Shown in pieces: positions 38,748 through 51,296 of a DNA stretch of 64,000 nt. Every line of letters begins with the position of its first letter. Position 1 is the stretch's first letter. The stretch is from Octopus sinensis (taxonomy: Eukaryota). Where the stretch lies: positions 20,026,001 to 20,090,000 of the forward strand of contig NC_043006.1 of the NCBI RefSeq assembly GCF_006345805.1, read 5' to 3'. The translations under genes were made by a program, and so were the position numbers. The notes below the pieces were generated by a model. It worked only from the letters and a program-made list of their open reading frames with translations. It did no database searches and was not told the origin of the DNA.

Positions 38748-39239
38748 ACTACACACATATATAAGTGTGTATGTATGTATGTATACACTCACATTTTCAT
38801 TACGTGTCCTCCACAAAGAATACAAAACGCCCAATTGGCTAAGCGATGTTAAGAGGAATGGCTCTCTAACCTCAACACTGACGTCCACTGGTGACAGTGC
38901 TCACTTAGAACATAAGTGTTTCAGAAGTAACTACCAACTTCAGTTGGAGACATAAAACTGACGTCTTTTATTATAATTTATATTTATAACTTTATAAGTA
39001 AAGTCTCTCACAGTTTACCGAACTTATCACCTGTTTTAACTGAACTTCTTTCTGGGTAAACGTTTGCATACGAAGCGTCCCTTATATCTGTACCCAAGCA
39101 TTCAACGGGCATCTTTTCTGAATGTCTGACAATACAGTGAAGTCTAGTAAGATACCGGTTGCCGAAAATAAGAGACAGTAAGAAGAGACTTGGTTGAGGT
39201 ACATTATTGTGTATCAGTGTCGTCGGAGACAAATCAACC

Positions 39240-39965
39240 AGTCAACATGGAGTAACCAACGTATGGATCTACCAGTTACCAAGGAGTGACTAACGTAAGA
39301 AACCTACCAGTTATCTAGGAGAAACTGATGTATGCAATCTACCAGTTATAAACGGAGTAAATAACGTTTGTAGTCTATCAAGTTACCATTGAGTAAACAA
39401 AGTTAATAATATATTATTTACTAAGGAGTAACCAACGTATGTAATCTACCAGTTACCATGGAATAACCAACGTATGTAATCTACCAGTTACCATGGAATA
39501 ACCAACGTGTGTAATCTGCTAGATATCGTGGAATAACCAACGTATGTAATCTGCCAGTTATCGTGGAATAACCAGAGTGTGTAATCTACCAGTTACAATG
39601 GAATAACCAACGTATGTAATCTGCCAGTTATCGTGGAATAACCAACGTATGTAATCTACCAGTTACAATGGAATAACCAACGTATGTAATCTACCAGTTA
39701 CAATGGAATAACCAACGTATGTAATCTGCCAGTTATCGTGGAATAACCAGAGTGTGTAATCTACCAGTTACAATGGAATAACCAACGTGTGTAATCTACC
39801 AGTTACCATGGAATAACCAACGTGTGTAATCTGCTAGATATCGTGGAATAACCAACGTATGTAATCTACCAGTTACAATGGAATAACCAATGTGTGTAAT
39901 CTGCCAGTTACCGTGGAATAACCAGAGTGTGTAATCTACCAGTTACAATGGAATAATCAATGTGT
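39240..39965. repeat. 35-bp minisatellite
   Basis: Unit GTAATCTACCAGTTACAATGGAATAACCAACGTAT; ~15 good copies from 39441, degenerate upstream. Confidence 0.9.
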
Positions 39966-40130
39966 GTAAATCTACATGGTTGTGCGACGTGCTTCATCTA
40001 CTTAATTTGTCACGTGACTTATTTCCTCACTAATGCCATGTAACTTGTCTACCAGCTTGTGTCACATGCATTGTCTACAAATCTACCAAAAACAGTGATT
40101 TCTAAGAGTAAGCATTGAACAGCAACAGCA

Positions 40131-40173
<43 letters not shown>

Positions 40174-40362
40174 TTACTACTACTACTACTACTACTTCCA
40201 CCACCAACACCGTCACCACTAACACCACCAACACCACCTCCACCATCACTACTATTACTCATCCTTAAACCTTGTGTTATTTAGAGGCTAGAAGGTGAAT
40301 GAGATTGTGTGATGTGCATGCCTTTCTCAAATGATTTCGAGGTGAAATTTAGCTGAATAGGA

Positions 40363-41237
40363 ATGGCTACAATCAGGAATCATAAGCAGGCTTCAAAGTC
40401 AGTTTGTAAAGAGATAACGTCTACCATACAATACTCTCTACAGCAACACCAACAACAACTAAAGCTACTCTCGAACCGAACTGAACAGCAGAAGTATAAA
40501 CACAAGATACCAATGAGAGTGAAGACACAACAACAACAACAACAACAGCCACAACAGCAGCAGCAACAAAAACAACAGCAGCAGGAGCAACAGCAACAAC
40601 AACAAGAACAACAACAACAACAGCAGCAACAAAAACAACAGCAAGAGCAACAGAAACAACTGCAGCAACAACAACACAAACACAACAACAACAACAGCAT
40701 CTGCATTTGCAGCAAACACAACAGCAGCTTCGACAACAGCAGAAACATGTGAAACAAGAAAAACGACAAGAGAAACAGGCAGTGCCACAACAGCAGCAGC
40801 AACAGCAACAGCAGCAACAACAGAAATTGAAGCGCCAACACTCCCAGCTTCATTTTTTGCAACACCTTAAAGGAAAACTCCAAAACAAACAAAAACAATT
40901 GCAACAGGAGTCTGGCTGGCAGACTGGACTGAAGAAACAACAAAAGCAACAACAAAAGCAACAGCAAGTACAGCCACAACAACAATTGCATCATCAACAA
41001 CAAGTGCAGCAGCAAGAACTTCAAGAGCAGCAAACGCATCTGCCGTTACGTTGTCGGCGAGAAGACCAGCATCCTCTTTCAGTCAACCATAACAATAACA
41101 GTCAAAAGGAACAACGAAGTTTGATTAAAATCAATGCTCATCTTCGACTGCAGGGGGAAGAGAAAAACCATGGAAAACGGCAATTGAAATTACATCAACA
41201 ACAACAACAACAACAACAGCAGAAGGAAGAAAAGGAT

Positions 41238-41269
<32 letters not shown>

Positions 41270-41540
41270 CCAACAACAACAACAACAGCAACAACAAAAG
41301 CAACTTCAGGATTATAAAGAGTGCCCAGAGATTCCAGTAAATGTTTTGGCAGAGACAGGTGTAGATGTGACGTCTGGAGTGGTTTGCAAGGAAGTTGGAC
41401 TTCCGTTACGATACACACTGACCAACAATACAATGGGACAAACCAAAAAAACTGAACTAGACAAGAATTCTATTGCAAACGACATGGAATCTCGCGAGAA
41501 AGACATTTCTCATGCATTGAAGTGGATTCAACAAGAAATG
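40363..41540 (+). CDS. Candidate Gln-rich coding exon with a 1-nt frameshift near 40675; ends in a FAM167/DUF3259-like motif
   Basis: ATG in GGAATGG context; two overlapping polyQ ORFs with mixed CAA/CAG codons and unique sequence; KDISHALKWIQQEM followed by GTGAGT donor at 41541. Confidence 0.55.
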
Positions 41541-41561
41541 GTGAGTAGATGGATAGATTAA

Positions 41562-41781
41562 CCCTTTAGCAATCATATTTCTCTGTTAAATGTTACACAT
41601 ATTCACTAACATTCTTTTTGAAATAATCATAAATTATCTCGTAGCTTTTGGGATTTCAATGATGTGATTGTTTATGATTTGAATGACATTGTCAGGTATG
41701 TGTGAGAGGCTAGATCTGGTCAGTTTGATTTGAACATAAAATAGTTTTTGAATGCTAAAGGTCAGTTTGAATGCTAAAGGG
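41562..41781. mobile_element. piggyBac-type MITE
   Basis: TTAA|CCCTTTAGC...GCTAAAGGG|TTAA. Confidence 0.8.
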
Positions 41782-41959
41782 TTAAGCAACTGTCTTATCT
41801 TATGAGTTCTTTACATGGTTTTTTGTTTGGCATAGAATTGTTAGGGTACCACACAATCATCATCATCATCATCATCATCATCATTCCAACCGCCACCACT
41901 ACCATCATCATCACCATCATCATCGTTGTCATCATCATCATTCCCAGCATCACTTGTTT

Positions 41960-42212
41960 AATCAGCCTCTCACACCTACCCTACGATGTGGTTCTAAAAA
42001 TAATCAGCCATATCCAGCCCAAGCATTCTACCTGCTTTATGTTCATATTGGCCTGATTCAGCCTCTCACGCCTATCCTACAATGTTATTCTATAAAATGA
42101 AACAACTGCATCATCAAAATCTTGAAGCTGCTAGATAATAAATGTGCAACTAATTCAAGACAATCTCAATAAATAAGCATTCTATTTGACAGAGTATCTG
42201 AATGCTAAAGGG
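41960..42212. mobile_element. piggyBac-type MITE, one end degraded
   Basis: Ends TGCTAAAGGG|TTAA; body similar to 43692-43914. Confidence 0.6.
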
Positions 42213-42487
42213 TTAACCTTCATTTTTCCACACTTGCAAGATGCAGGTAAAATTTACTGATGTAGATTTTTCTACAAACTGGATGCCTTTCCTGTCAACA
42301 ATCCTCACTTGTTTCCAAGCAAGGTAGAAAAATATTTCATCATAGTTGGATGTAATTTTTTTTTTGTTTTTTTTTTTGTTTTTCCAGAAGATTATAACTT
42401 AATGACACCACTTACCTGACAGTAACATTCGTTTACAATGAACATCATTGTCATATACTGTCGAGACAAGAAGTCACAAACACATTA

Positions 42488-42895
42488 CTCTTTTCTCTTT
42501 TAGTCTTTTACTTGTTTCAGTCATTTGACTGCGGCGATGCTGGAGCACCGCCTTTTAGTCGAGTAAATCGACCCCAGGACTTATTCTTTGTAAGCCCAGT
42601 ACTTATTCTATCGGTCTCTTTTGCCGAACCGCTAAGTGACGGGGACGTAAACACACCAGCATCGGTTGTCAAGCAATGCTAGGGGGACAGACACACAAAC
42701 GCACAAACACATACACATATATATATATACGACAGGCTTCTTTCAGTTTCCATCTACCAAATCCATTCACAAGGCTTTGGTCGGCCTGGGGCTATAGCAG
42801 AAGACACTTGCCCAAGATGCCATGCAGTGGGACAGAACCCGGAACCATGTGGTTGGTTAGCAAGCTACTTACCACACAGCCAATCCTGCGCCTAT
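42488..42895 (-). mobile_element. SINE C
   Basis: Full match to family C. Confidence 0.9.
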
Positions 42896-43129
42896 TCACA
42901 TAAGTAAGGAGAAACATGGATAAACTAACTAACTAACTATGCTTTTATGTACATATCATCATAATTATCATCATCATTTAACATCTGCTTTCCATGCTGG
43001 CGTGGGTTGGACGGTTTAATTTGCCAGTCTTCAGTCAAACTATCCAACTCATGCCAGCATGGAAAGTGGACTATGATGATGATGATATGTACATATATAC
43101 ATAGTTAGTTAGTTAGTTCATCCACATTA

Positions 43130-43540
43130 GGCGCAGGAGTGGCTGTGTGGTAAGTAGCTTGCTAACCAACCACATGGTTCCGGGTTCAATCCCACTGCGT
43201 GGCATCTTGGGCAAGTGTCTTCTGCTATAGCCCCGGGCCGACCAATGCCTTGTGAGTGGATTTGGTAGACGGAAACTGAAAGAAGCCTGTCGTATATATG
43301 TATATATATATGTATATGTGTGTGTGTTTGTGTGTCTGTGTTTGTCCCCCCTAGCATTGCTTGACAACCGATGCTGGTGTGTTTACGTCCCCATCACTTA
43401 GCGGTTTGGCAAAAGAGACCGATAGAATAAGTACTGGGCTTACAAAGAATAAGTCCCGGGGTCGATTTGCTCGACTAAAGGCGGTGCTCCAGCATGGCCA
43501 CAGTCAAATGACTGAAACAAGTAAAAGAGTAAAAGAGTAA
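43130..43540 (+). mobile_element. SINE C
   Basis: Full match to family C. Confidence 0.9.
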
Positions 43541-43691
43541 ATTACTCCATAAGAAGCATAAGACCAATTTCCTGGTTTATTTGGCATATATATCCTTCCC
43601 TAGATGGGACGACAGTCCATTGCAGGATTTCTCACTTTTACCAGCTTGAGTGAACTGAAGCAATATGAAATGAAGTGTTTTACATGCTTAA

Positions 43692-43914
43692 CCCTTTAGC
43701 ATTTAATCCTTTAACCATATCCGGCCCAAATGTTCTCCTTCTTTTATGTTCAAACCATCTAGATCTGGCCTTTCACTCATATCCTACAATGTCATCCTCA
43801 AAATAAACCATCACATCATCAAATTCTCAGAACTTCAAGATAATGCAGGATTAATTCAAAACAATGTGAATGAAAAAGCATTATATTTGACAGAGTAATC
43901 TGAACACTAAAGGG
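43692..43914. mobile_element. piggyBac-type MITE
   Basis: TTAA|CCCTTTAG...CTAAAGGG|TTAA. Confidence 0.8.
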
Positions 43915-43931
43915 TTAAATGTCAATATATA

Positions 43932-44150
43932 TATGAGGGGATGCTTAAAAGTTCCTGGCTTTGGGTAAAAGAAAATATAGGAAGATCAGTTAATTATGAT
44001 TTTATTCAACATATTCCCCTCTCAGATTCACATACTTATTGCAGCGGTCCTTCAGTTTTTTAAGCCCTGTAAAAGAACTCAGAAGGTTGAGTCTCCAGCC
44101 AGGTCTTTAGCGATACACTTAAAGTGAGGAACTTTTTAGCATCCCTTTTA
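43932..44150. mobile_element. mariner-type MITE
   Basis: TIRs TATGAGGGGATGCTTAAAAGTTCCT / AGGAACTTTTTAGCATCCC; TA flanks. Confidence 0.7.
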
Positions 44151-44159
44151 TATATATAT

Positions 44160-44561
44160 ATATATATATACTCTTTTACTTGTTTCAGTCATTTGACTGC
44201 GGCCATGCTGGAGCACCGCCTTTAGTCGAGCAAATCGACCCCGGGACTTATTCTTTGTAAGCCCAGTACTTATTCTATCGGTCTCTTTTGCCAAACTAAG
44301 TGACGGGAACATAAACACACCAGCATCGGTTGTCAAGCAATGCTAGAGGGACAAACATATATATACACATACATACATATATATACATATATATGACAGG
44401 CTTCTTTCAGTTTCCGTCAACCAAATCCACTCACAAGGCATTGGTCGGCCCGAGGCTATAGCAGAAGATACTTGACACTTGCCCAAGGTGCCACACAGTG
44501 GGACTGAACCCAGAATCATGTAGTTGGTAGGCAAGCTACTTACTACACAGCCACTCCTGCG

Positions 44562-44565
<4 letters not shown>
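44160..44565 (-). mobile_element. SINE C
   Basis: Full match to family C. Confidence 0.88.
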
Positions 44566-44604
<39 letters not shown>

Positions 44605-44626
44605 TTATATATATGCTATATATATG

Positions 44627-44668
<42 letters not shown>

Positions 44669-45084
44669 CATCCCCTCGTATATATATAAGGTGTCATGTA
44701 ATAGAACTGAACTTGTAACTATGTGGTTGGGAAGCAAGCTTCTTACCACACAGCCACTGCGGCTTAGACAAGGTGTCTGGCTGAGTCCTTGATCTTTGCA
44801 GGTACTCCAGGACTTGTGAGACTGATGTGGCTCAGATTTAGTTTGAACATGAGGCGGGCTTGCATGAAGTGGTTAGTGAAATTGTCAGGTCACTGAGGAG
44901 GAGGAGGAGGGATAAGTGTGTCAAGTGGCTGAAGGTGGAGGTGATAATTTACTAATTAGTCCAAAACAACAGAAGCTGTTATAGTAGCCAAATGCCTAAC
45001 AATATTATAAACGTTGACCTTGAACATTGTGAATCACAAAAGCTTACTTTACTTAGATTTGCATAATTAAATGTGAGAAAAGAT

Positions 45085-45450
45085 GGTGAACTAGGAAAAT
45101 CAGTTAGCATGTAAGACTAAGTGCTAAGCGGTATTTCTCCCAACTAAGGCGTCGAGCTGGCAGAACCGTTAGCACGCCGGGCGAAATGCATAGCCATATT
45201 TCGTCTGCCTCTACGTTCTGAGTTCAAATTCTGCCGAGGTCGACTTTGCCTTTCATCCTTTCGGGGTCGATTAAAAAAGTACCATTTACGCACTGTGGTT
45301 GATATAATCGACTTAATCCGTTTGTCTGTCCTTGTTTGTCCCCTCTGTGTGTAGCCCCTTGTGGGTAGTAAAGAAATAGGTATTTCTCCCAACTCTTCAC
45401 ATTTGAAGTTGAAAACCGACTGGGGTCAACTTTGCCATTCATCCAGAGGT
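45085..45450 (+). mobile_element. Young SINE B (45146-45378) nested in an old SINE B-like copy
   Basis: 16-bp TSD GGTATTTCTCCCAACT at 45130-45145 and 45379-45394; degraded head upstream and degraded body downstream. Confidence 0.8.
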
Positions 45451-45671
45451 GATACTCAGGATGTACATATTGAGTGATTTTTCTATCAATTATGGGTAGA
45501 AATGGTGCAGTGAGAAGGGAAAGAGAAGATGGGTAGATGAGAGCATGAAGAATAGGTACAATGGATCAGAGAGGAGATGGTGGCAAGATGTATGGGTATG
45601 AAATAGGCAATAGGTGAGGAGGTGTGTAAACGATCACACTACCATCATTATCATCATCGTCGTCATTGTTG

Positions 45672-45702
<31 letters not shown>

Positions 45703-45879
45703 TTAATGTCCATGGGTTGACAGGATCCAATGGATCCAAAAACAACATTGTTTTCCATTGAACGCTTTGGTATGGTTTCTACAGCTGGATGCCCTTTCAA
45801 ATACCAACCACTTTCTCTAGTGTATACTGAATGCATTTTTTCATTCCACCAGTGCTATTTGTTAAGTTAGTTAAGTTTA

Positions 45880-46415
45880 GTTTTTGGCTCAAAAAGCAAA
45901 AAGCAAGGCCATGTAGGGGGACATGGAGTTATGTACAGGGAGGGTGTTCATGCAAAGAGTTCAGGCCATTTCTGGTCAAGAGAGACTTTGAACCGAGCAG
46001 TCGTCGGCATCTTCACTATCTCGTCCGGCAGCTTATTCCACGGATCCACAATCCGGATGGAGAAAGCCCCTCTCCTTTGATTGAGATCAAATCGTCGCAG
46101 ATAGAGCTTTTCGGAATGACCCTGCAGCCCACGCTCTGGAGCAGGAGTGAAGAACATCTCTTTCGAGAGGTTTATACTTTCCACTTATGATGTTGTGAGC
46201 AAGAATGAGATCACCACGGCATCGTCGTTTTTCTAGAGAATAAAGGTCGAGCGTCTTCAGCCTTTCTTCATAAGACAAATGCTTGAGACCAAGAACCATG
46301 CGGGTAGCCAACTTCTGGACTCTTTCGAGATGATGTATGTCTTTGAGGAGATAAGGAGAAGAGACTTGAATCCCGTACTCCAATATGGGTCTCACCATTG
46401 ACGTCACCATGCACC
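45880..46415 (-). mobile_element. CR1-type LINE, 5'-truncated 3' end
   Basis: VRPILEYG...LERVQKLATRMV..LSYEERLKTLDLYSLEKRRCRGDLI...PWNKLP. Confidence 0.88.
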
Positions 46416-46646
46416 TCACAAAGACCTCAAACCCTGAGGGAAGTAGTGGGAGTCAGCTTTATCTTTGCAATTTCGGTTGATTATTCTTGAGATTGCTCCA
46501 ATCTGGCCAGCCCCAAGAAAAACTAAGCTAAGAGCATTAGATTCCTTGGAAGAAAGCATCGAATGTATACAAAAACAAGGACGGAAAAAACACAATGATA
46601 CACAAATATAAATACAATAAAAAAATACAATAAAAATAATAACAGG

Positions 46647-46683
<37 letters not shown>

Positions 46684-47329
46684 CATACATACATACATAC
46701 ATATGTATACATGTATAAACAGATGTATATATATCTAAGTGTGTGTGCTTGTTTGTGTTCCCCCTCCTATCACCACTATTTGACAGCCGGTGTTCGTTTG
46801 TTTACAACCCTGTAACTTAGCAGATCAGTAAGCGAGATCAATAGAATAAGTCCCAGGCGGCTTAACAAAATAAGTACTGAGGTCAATTCATTTTGGCTAA
46901 AATGCCCTCGAGGCTGTGCTCCTGCATGGCCAATGTCGAGTGACTGAAACAAGACTTAAAGACAGCAGATTTAGTATCGTTTCTCATTAAAAATGACCGT
47001 TAGTCACCAGTGGTTTGCTTCACTAACTTCGTGTAGGACAGGCTACAATTGTTTAATGGCTTGATAACTAGCCTGGCCTCTTGTGTCTTGCTTTTTTGAT
47101 CGGATTAAAGGCTGAGTGACCTCCAGACAGAGTTCTAGCTGTCTGTCTGTCTGTCAGAATGTTTGTCTGCATGTGCGTTTGTGTGTGTGTGTGTGTGTGT
47201 GTGTCTGCGTTTGTGTGTGGGTGTGAAAAAGACAGATTATGTTAAGAGGTCAGTAAGTCTGACCCACTTTGTCACAATATATCTTGTTAATATAATTAAA
47301 AATACATCGCAGAGACTAGACCACCACCA

Positions 47330-47858
47330 ATCACCTCCTCCTTCTCTCCTCTTCCCCTTCTCTCCTTCCTCTTCCTTTTCTGCCTCTTCTTTCTCCTCTT
47401 CTGCCTCCCCTCCTCCTTCCCATCTTCCTCTTCCTCCATATCTTCATCTTCATCATCATCATCTGCCTCCTCCTCCTCCTCTTCATCGTCCTCCTGTCTC
47501 TCTCTACTTCCTCTTCTCCCTCTTGCTCCTCCTCCCCTTTTCTCTACATCTTCCTCCTCCTCCTCCCCTTTTCTCTACTTCTTCTTCCTCCTCTGCCTCC
47601 TCCTCCTCCTCCTCTTCTTCTTCTTCCTTGCAGATTAGACCACCACCATTACCACCTCCTTCTCTCCTCTTCCCCTTCTCTTCTACCTCCACCATTTCTA
47701 CCTCTTCTTTCTCCTCTTCTGCCTCTCCCTCTTCCTCCCCATCTTCATCATCCTCTTCCTCCTCCTCCTCCTCCTCCCTCCCTCTCTACTTCCTATTATC
47801 CCTCTTCTTTCTCTACTTCCTCCTCTTCCCCTTCCTCTTCCTCCTCCCCTTTCTCTAC
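47330..47858. repeat. (CCT)/(CTT) pyrimidine-rich tract
   Basis: Direct sequence. Confidence 0.85.
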
Positions 47859-47861
47859 TAG

Positions 47862-48428
47862 TCTGGGGGATTAGATGTTAAGGGTGATGTGGTCTGCAGA
47901 AATTATCTGACAGCCATGACTGAGTTCTCCTGCTTGTGTGGCATGGTGCAGAGTCCTGTTGCCAGACATCAAGTCTTCCAGCAGCCGCCCTCTTGACCAC
48001 GGGCAGTACTCCTCCAGGCACTTGATGTAGGCCTCTGTGTTGAATCTGAGGCCATGTGGGAAGATGAATGGAGGCATAACGTCGCCATCACTAGTAGTCA
48101 CTCCAAACACCATGATGTTGACTGGATGTTTGATTTTTTTTTACTTTTGGTACATGTCCTCAGATTGCACTGTCCTCAGATTGCACTGTCCTCAGATTGA
48201 CACCTAAACACTCTGAAATATTCATATTGGAGGTTCCGGCATGAATGTCAAGCAGCACAGCATATCGTTTCCAAATTTCTGGCAGAGTGAATTATGTCGT
48301 GGAGCTGTTTTTCTCTCAGATGGTACCCAACTGACCCTACTATACTGTGTAGTTGAAAAATTCAAAAGCAAACAATGCACAAGCACAAAATAAAAAATAT
48401 AAAATGGTGACAGTTTACCCATCACACA

Positions 48429-48431
<3 letters not shown>
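47862..48431 (-). mobile_element. Internally deleted Tc1/mariner-superfamily transposon (maT/DD37D-like)
   Basis: MVFGVTTSDGDVMPPFIFPHG...YIKCLEE; the adjacent frame gives a QQDSAPCHTS-like motif; TIR CAGTGTGTGATGGG next to TA. Confidence 0.75.
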
Positions 48432-48478
<47 letters not shown>

Positions 48479-48658
48479 TCAATTTGCTACCCTAAATTGA
48501 TTAATTGATAATTTTCTGACTAATTCTGAGATTGAATCGGCAGTTTATATTTGCTGCCGATAAGTTTGGCGCGAATGCGTTGGTCTTGAAAATTTTAAGA
48601 CAGATATTCCTGAGGCATTGATACAGTCGCCTCGTGTATATTCGTCTCTCCCAGGTTT

Positions 48659-48757
48659 CTTTTACTGATGAAGTGTGACCTATGGTAGACTAGCTTAATT
48701 TAATTTAATTAAGCTGGTCTATCATTAAAAACACCGAAACGATGCATCGTATAAAAG
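48659..48757 (+). ncRNA. Type I hammerhead ribozyme in an ORF-less (TA)n-flanked element (~48472-48878)
   Basis: CTTTTA-CTGATGA-AGTGT..19-bp hairpin..ACACC-GAAAC-GATGCATC-GTA^TAAAAG; stem III is the palindrome ACGATGCATCGT. Confidence 0.7.
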
Positions 48758-48877
48758 ATGAATTAGGGTAAACGTTTTTAAATTTTCACCTTATTTCCGA
48801 ATTGCACTACTTGGCGGTTTGAGTTATGGCTGCTCTTTCTGGTGGACGAATGACCTGTTAAGGCCATTCCTAAATTG

Positions 48878-48913
<36 letters not shown>

Positions 48914-49135
48914 ACACACACACATACAGGTTTGATCTGGTGCCATGTAAAAAGCATCTGTGCTGGTATCACATAAAAAAGCACCCAGCGCACTCTGTAA
49001 AGTGGTTGGTGTTAAGAAGAACATCTAACCATAGAAACCAGGCTAAAATGATCAAATGGAACCTGGTGCAGCTCTCTGATTTGACAGCTTCTGTCAGACT
49101 ATCCAACCCATGCCAGCAAGGAAAGTCGATGTTAA

Positions 49136-49836
49136 ATGACGATGATGATGATGACGACGATCACGATGACAACAATGATGATGACAACGACAATGACGAC
49201 GATGACAACGATGACGACGATGATGACAATGACAACGATGATGACAATGACAACGACAACAACGACGATGACAACGACGTCAACGACGATGATGACGATA
49301 ACAACGACGACGATGACAACGATGACAACGACGATGATGACAATGACAACGACGACGACGACAACGACGATGATGACGATAACAACGACGATGATGACGA
49401 TGACAATGACGATGACGACGATGACAACGACGACAACGATGACAACGACGACAATGACAACGACGATGATGACGATAACAACGACGACGATGACAAAGAC
49501 GACAATGACGATGATGACGATAACAACGACGATGACAACGACGACAACGACGATGATGACAATAATGACGATGACAATGACGATGACAACGATGACAACG
49601 ACCATGACGACGATGACAACGACAACAACGACGATGATGACAATGATGACGATGACAATGACGATGACAACGACCATGACGACGATGACAACGACGACAA
49701 CGACGATGATGACGATGACAACGACGACAACGACGATGACAACGACGACAACGACGATGATGACAATGATGATGACGACGATGACAATGACGACGATGAC
49801 AATGACAACGACAACGACGATGACGACGACGACGAT
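49136..49836. repeat. Compound (GAT/GAC/AAC)n microsatellite grown from an RTE-LINE-type tail
   Basis: Preceded by CCAACCCATGCCAGCAAGGAAAGTCGATGTTAAATGACGATGAT, similar to the LINE tail at 63400-63458. Confidence 0.85.
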
Positions 49837-50099
49837 ATATGTATATAAACCTGCGCATACTAATTTCAGAATAGATACATCCTATCTCTGCATGTTGTAA
49901 AAGTGACTAAAAGGGTTGGTATCAGGAAGACCATGCAGCTTTAAAGCATTGCATGAAAAAAAAAGGTCCCAGCCACCCCATGCCAGCATGGAAAAGCAAA
50001 CATTAAAGCGATGATGATGATCATCATCATCATCCTCATGATTGTTTAAAGTCTGCCTTCCATGCTAGCATGAGTTGCACTGTTCATATGTACATATAT

Positions 50100-50409
50100 A
50101 TCATGTGATCACATGACCGACCAGTCCATCAGATGTAGTTACACATCGCTGGTCACAATGCATTCGCATTGTTTTAGCCTTCGAATGACGCCACCCCGCT
50201 GGCTAAGCGAGCAGGCCAACAGAAGAAAGAGTGGGAGAAAGTTGTGGTGAAAGAGTACAGCAGGGATCACCACCACCCCCTGCCGGAGCCTCGTGGAGCT
50301 TTTAGGTGTTTTCGCTCAATAAACACTCACAACGCCCGGTCTGGGAATCGAAACCGCGATCCTACGACTGCGAGTCCGCTGCCCTAACCACTAGGCCATT
50401 GCGCCTCCA
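50100..50409 (-). mobile_element. SINE A'
   Basis: A head with the alternative tail. Confidence 0.85.
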
Positions 50410-50526
50410 CATATATATATATATTTTGTGTGTGTGTGTTTGTAAAGTGTTTCACTGCTTGATTTTATTCATTGATTCTTTGCAACCTGTGTTCTTCATC
50501 CATTTCCCCATTTCCCTACCTTGTGG

Positions 50527-51200
50527 GGGGCTGTGGCTTAGCAGTTAGGGTGCTGGACTCATGGATGACAACGATGACGACGACAACGACGATGATGACA
50601 ATGACAACGACGACGATGACAACAACGACGATGACGATGATAACAACGACGATGACAACGATGACAACGACGATGATGACAATGACAACAACGACGATGA
50701 CAATGACAACAACGACGATGACAATGACAACGACGACGATGACAACGACGACGACGACAACGACGACGACGATGATGACAATGACAACGACGACGATGAC
50801 GATGACAATGACAACGACGACAACGACGATGACAACGACAACGACGATGATGACGATGACAACGACGACAACGACGATGACAACGATGACGATGACAACG
50901 ACAACGACGATGATGACGATGACAACGACGACAATGACGATGACAACGATGACGATGACAACGACAACGACGATGATGACGATAACAACGACGATGACGA
51001 CGATGACAACGACGACAACGACGATGATGACGATGACAATGACGACGACGATGATATGTGATTTCAACTCCTGGACTGGGCGACACATTGTGTTCTTGAG
51101 CAAAACACTTCATTTCACATTGCTCCAGTCCACTCAGCTGGCAAAAATGATTAATCCTGTTATGGACTTGACAGACCAGCATCCCATCCGGGTGGGGGGA
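50527..51200 (+). mobile_element. SINE D-like element interrupted by a ~500-bp (GAC/GAT/AAC)n tract (50561-51055)
   Basis: The head resumes after the tract with TGTGTTCTTGAGCAAAACACTT...CTCCAGTCCACTCAGCTGG. Confidence 0.7.
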
Positions 51201-51296
51201 ATTTATATGGCATGGAAACAAGGAAACCCACCCTTATGAGTCTGTATGACTCAAAAAAGGTTACCTTTTTTTTGAGTCATACTGACTCATGTTGAG

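Noticed and set aside
39008-39232. 74-aa minus-strand ORF
   Set aside because: No recognisable motif; cannot be supported without RNA data
39240-39965. CRISPR-like regular 35-bp repeats
   Set aside because: The units are contiguous with no unique spacers, there are no cas genes, and the context is eukaryotic; it is a minisatellite
48940-49848. 302-aa Asp-rich ORF as an Aspein-like biomineral protein
   Set aside because: No signal peptide; the N-terminus is LINE 3' UTR/tail sequence; kept only as a low-interest finding
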